Of a stretch of DNA of 10,052 bases, positions 8,212 through 10,052 are shown piece by piece. Origin of the DNA: a virus (lineage: Duplodnaviria > Heunggongvirae > Uroviricota > Caudoviricetes); IMG/VR virus record IMGVR_UViG_2711768011_000003, one strand, 5' to 3'. Every line of letters starts with the position of its first letter. The first letter of the stretch is position 1. The notes below the pieces were generated by a model. The model ran no database searches. It was not told the origin of the DNA and saw only the letters and a program-made list of their open reading frames with translations. The position numbers and the translations under genes were made by a program.

Positions 8212-8468
8212 CAGCGCAGCACCTCCTGCACCATTTTTTCAAACTTTCCAACTTTGGTTTCCAGCTCTGCCACACAATCAACGAGCTCATCCACCGCTTT
8301 TTGTGCGCGATGTTTCGCCTGCATCAGTTCCCTGAGCGCTGGCACCATATCCCGACGAATGGCATCTTTTGTTACACCTGTTTTTTCCAGTTGTTCCGCC
8401 TGTCGCAACATTTCCTGCGCGTGTTTACGCAATTGTTCAGAGGTAAAAGTCATTGTCTGGTTGTTCAA
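8211..8468 (-). CDS. Small charged alpha-helical protein, function unknown
   Basis: Open frame between the helicase and rusA with no recognisable family. Possible starts are the TTG at 8466-8468 (GGAG RBS 8 nt upstream, overlaps the helicase stop as TTGA) or the ATG at 8451-8453 (no RBS). Stop TGA at 8211-8213. Confidence 0.45.
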   Translation of the reverse strand: MNNQTMTFTSEQLRKHAQEMLRQAEQLEKTGVTKDAIRRDMVPALRELMQAKHRAQKAVDELVDCVAELETKVGKFEKMVQEVLR

Positions 8469-9856
8469 AAGAAACGCTCCATCTTACTGCTGTCGGTACG
8501 TGTATTGCTGTATCTGCGCGGCTGGGGCTGCCGCATTGGGGTGGAAAGAACCTGTGCGCTTTCCTGGTCCACAGGCAGAAAATGTCCGTTATAAAAACGC
8601 CGGTAAATCGTCCCCAGAGAACCGTTACGTTGTTTCGTGATATTAATTTCTGCTATGCCTGTAGCCTGTGTATCCGGGTTGTACACTTCATCCCTGTAAA
8701 GCATCAGAATGATGTCTGCATCCGCCTCTATTTCTCCGGAATTTTTCAGGTCTGAGTTCATGGGACGTTTATTGGGTCTGGACTCCACACCGCGGGAGAG
8801 CTGGCTCAGCGCAATCAACGGAAAACCACCGGATTTTGCCAGGCCTTTAAGCCCCTTTGAGATTTCACCCACGGCAAGGTCATGACGCCCCGTGGTTCGG
8901 GTTTTTATCAGCCCGAGATAATCAACCACCACCAGCGCCGTTTCCGGATGTTTAATCAGATGGTGTTTCGTTGTTGCGCATATCTCATCAATGGTCAGGT
9001 TCGCCTGGTCCACCATCCAGATATTGCGCCCGGTCATCCGCCCCACCCCTTGTGAGAAACGCGCCCAGTCTTCATCTTCAAAGTGAGCCACAGATTTCAG
9101 GCGTGATACTGGCATCCCTCCAGCCGCAGACACCATACGTTCACCAATCTGGATGTTCGCCATCTCCATGGTGAACAGAAGCACACCATGCCCCTGCTCA
9201 GTCACCTTGTCGATGATGTCCAGCGCAAGTTCGGTTTTCCCCATCGAAGGACGGGCGGCAATGAATACCAGGTCTCCGGGCTCCATACCGCCTGTTTTTG
9301 CGTCCAGTTCATCAATACCGGTCATCAACGTCCTGGATTTCTCCAGCCCCTGATTCCGGCATTCAACACGCTCAACCACTTCCGGAAGCACATCATCAAT
9401 ATGTACCGGCTGAATGACGCCCTTTCCTGTCGACAGTGTGACCATCATGTTCTGCGCATCCTTCAGGGCATCTTCAGCTGCTTCACAGGTATGCGCATCA
9501 CGTAATTTCTGCAGCGCCTCATTCAGTGTTTTTTCTGCATCGCGCAGTGCGGCATTGCGCCGCAACGCTGCAACATAGTGCTCCAGTGAAGACTTCACCC
9601 AGGTTTTACGCCCGGTATCAGTAATCACCGGGGCAAGTTCCGGCATCTCATTACACAACAGCACGGGGTCAATCACTCCTGAAACACGGGCCTGTCTGCA
9701 GATGCCTGTGTAGATATCCCGATACGCTCGTACAGAAAAAATGTCCGCCGGTAGTGTGATCAGAATATCCATCACTTCATGATCTGCCCCACGCAGAAAG
9801 AATGCGCCAATGACAGCGCCTTCCAGGTCATCATTACGCCAGACTGGTGTTGTCAT
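8465..9856 (-). CDS. Replicative DNA helicase, DnaB family (phage-encoded)
   Basis: 463 aa with a DnaB-type RecA-like domain and Walker A motif (ARPSMGKTELALDI). ATG at 9854-9856 with a GAGGTG RBS. The ORF-track extension to the GTG at 9997 translates to low-complexity, non-protein-like sequence. Confidence 0.85.
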   Translation of the reverse strand: MTTPVWRNDDLEGAVIGAFFLRGADHEVMDILITLPADIFSVRAYRDIYTGICRQARVSGVIDPVLLCNEMPELAPVITDTGRKTWVKSSLEHYVAALRRNAALRDAEKTLNEALQKLRDAHTCEAAEDALKDAQNMMVTLSTGKGVIQPVHIDDVLPEVVERVECRNQGLEKSRTLMTGIDELDAKTGGMEPGDLVFIAARPSMGKTELALDIIDKVTEQGHGVLLFTMEMANIQIGERMVSAAGGMPVSRLKSVAHFEDEDWARFSQGVGRMTGRNIWMVDQANLTIDEICATTKHHLIKHPETALVVVDYLGLIKTRTTGRHDLAVGEISKGLKGLAKSGGFPLIALSQLSRGVESRPNKRPMNSDLKNSGEIEADADIILMLYRDEVYNPDTQATGIAEINITKQRNGSLGTIYRRFYNGHFLPVDQESAQVLSTPMRQPQPRRYSNTRTDSSKMERFF

Positions 9857-10052
9857 GCAGCCACACCTCTGATACAAGAACGGTAGCTGGGCCAGTTGAA
9901 CGACAACCAGTTGCGCCCCCCGTCTGTGATCCTGTCGGCAATGCGGGGGCTGATGAACGCTGGATTTGCCCCTATATTTCCAGACACCTGTTATCACTTA
10001 ACCCATTACTGGCTTGCTGCCGTAGATATTCCCGTGGCGAGCGATAACCCAG

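Noticed and set aside
7327-8755. Plus-strand ORFs 7327-7626, 7446-7727, 7922-8116, 8203-8640, 8301-8594 and 8453-8755
   Set aside because: They are antisense to Q, rusA, the small ORF and the helicase. Ser/Cys-rich translations indicate shadow ORFs.
9857-9997. Helicase N-terminal extension to the GTG at 9997 (510-aa version)
   Set aside because: The extension (MITGVWKYRGKSSVHQPPHCRQDHRRGAQL...) is low-complexity. The ATG at 9856 has a GAGGTG RBS and begins a DnaB-like N-terminal domain.
8971-10047. Plus-strand ORFs 8971-9174, 9153-9353, 9188-9505 and 9847-10047
   Set aside because: They are antisense to the helicase or lie in the upstream intergenic region, with no supporting signals.

Overview
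The window reads as the replication-distal/late region of a lambdoid, HK97-type prophage from an Enterobacteriaceae (E. coli-like) genome, with every supported gene on the minus strand. In transcription order (high to low coordinate): DnaB-like helicase, small ORF, RusA, antiterminator Q, a PR'-like promoter and tR'-like terminator, an ORF6N-domain cargo gene bracketed by terminators, four tightly packed tRNA genes (CAU, Arg-UCU, Thr-UGU, Gly-UCC) with their own candidate promoter, a 538-nt run of N, S21-type pinholin (5' end lost in the gap), SAR endolysin, Rz with embedded Rz1, HNH endonuclease, a GC-rich inverted repeat at the likely cos region, terminase small and large subunits, a small membrane protein, portal protein and a strong terminator. 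I see no complete, clearly novel multi-gene system in the readable sequence. The most notable locus is the Q-to-holin cargo interval, which is partly hidden by the gap. Protein identities rest on my reading of the supplied translations and on recalled family signatures; no database search was run.
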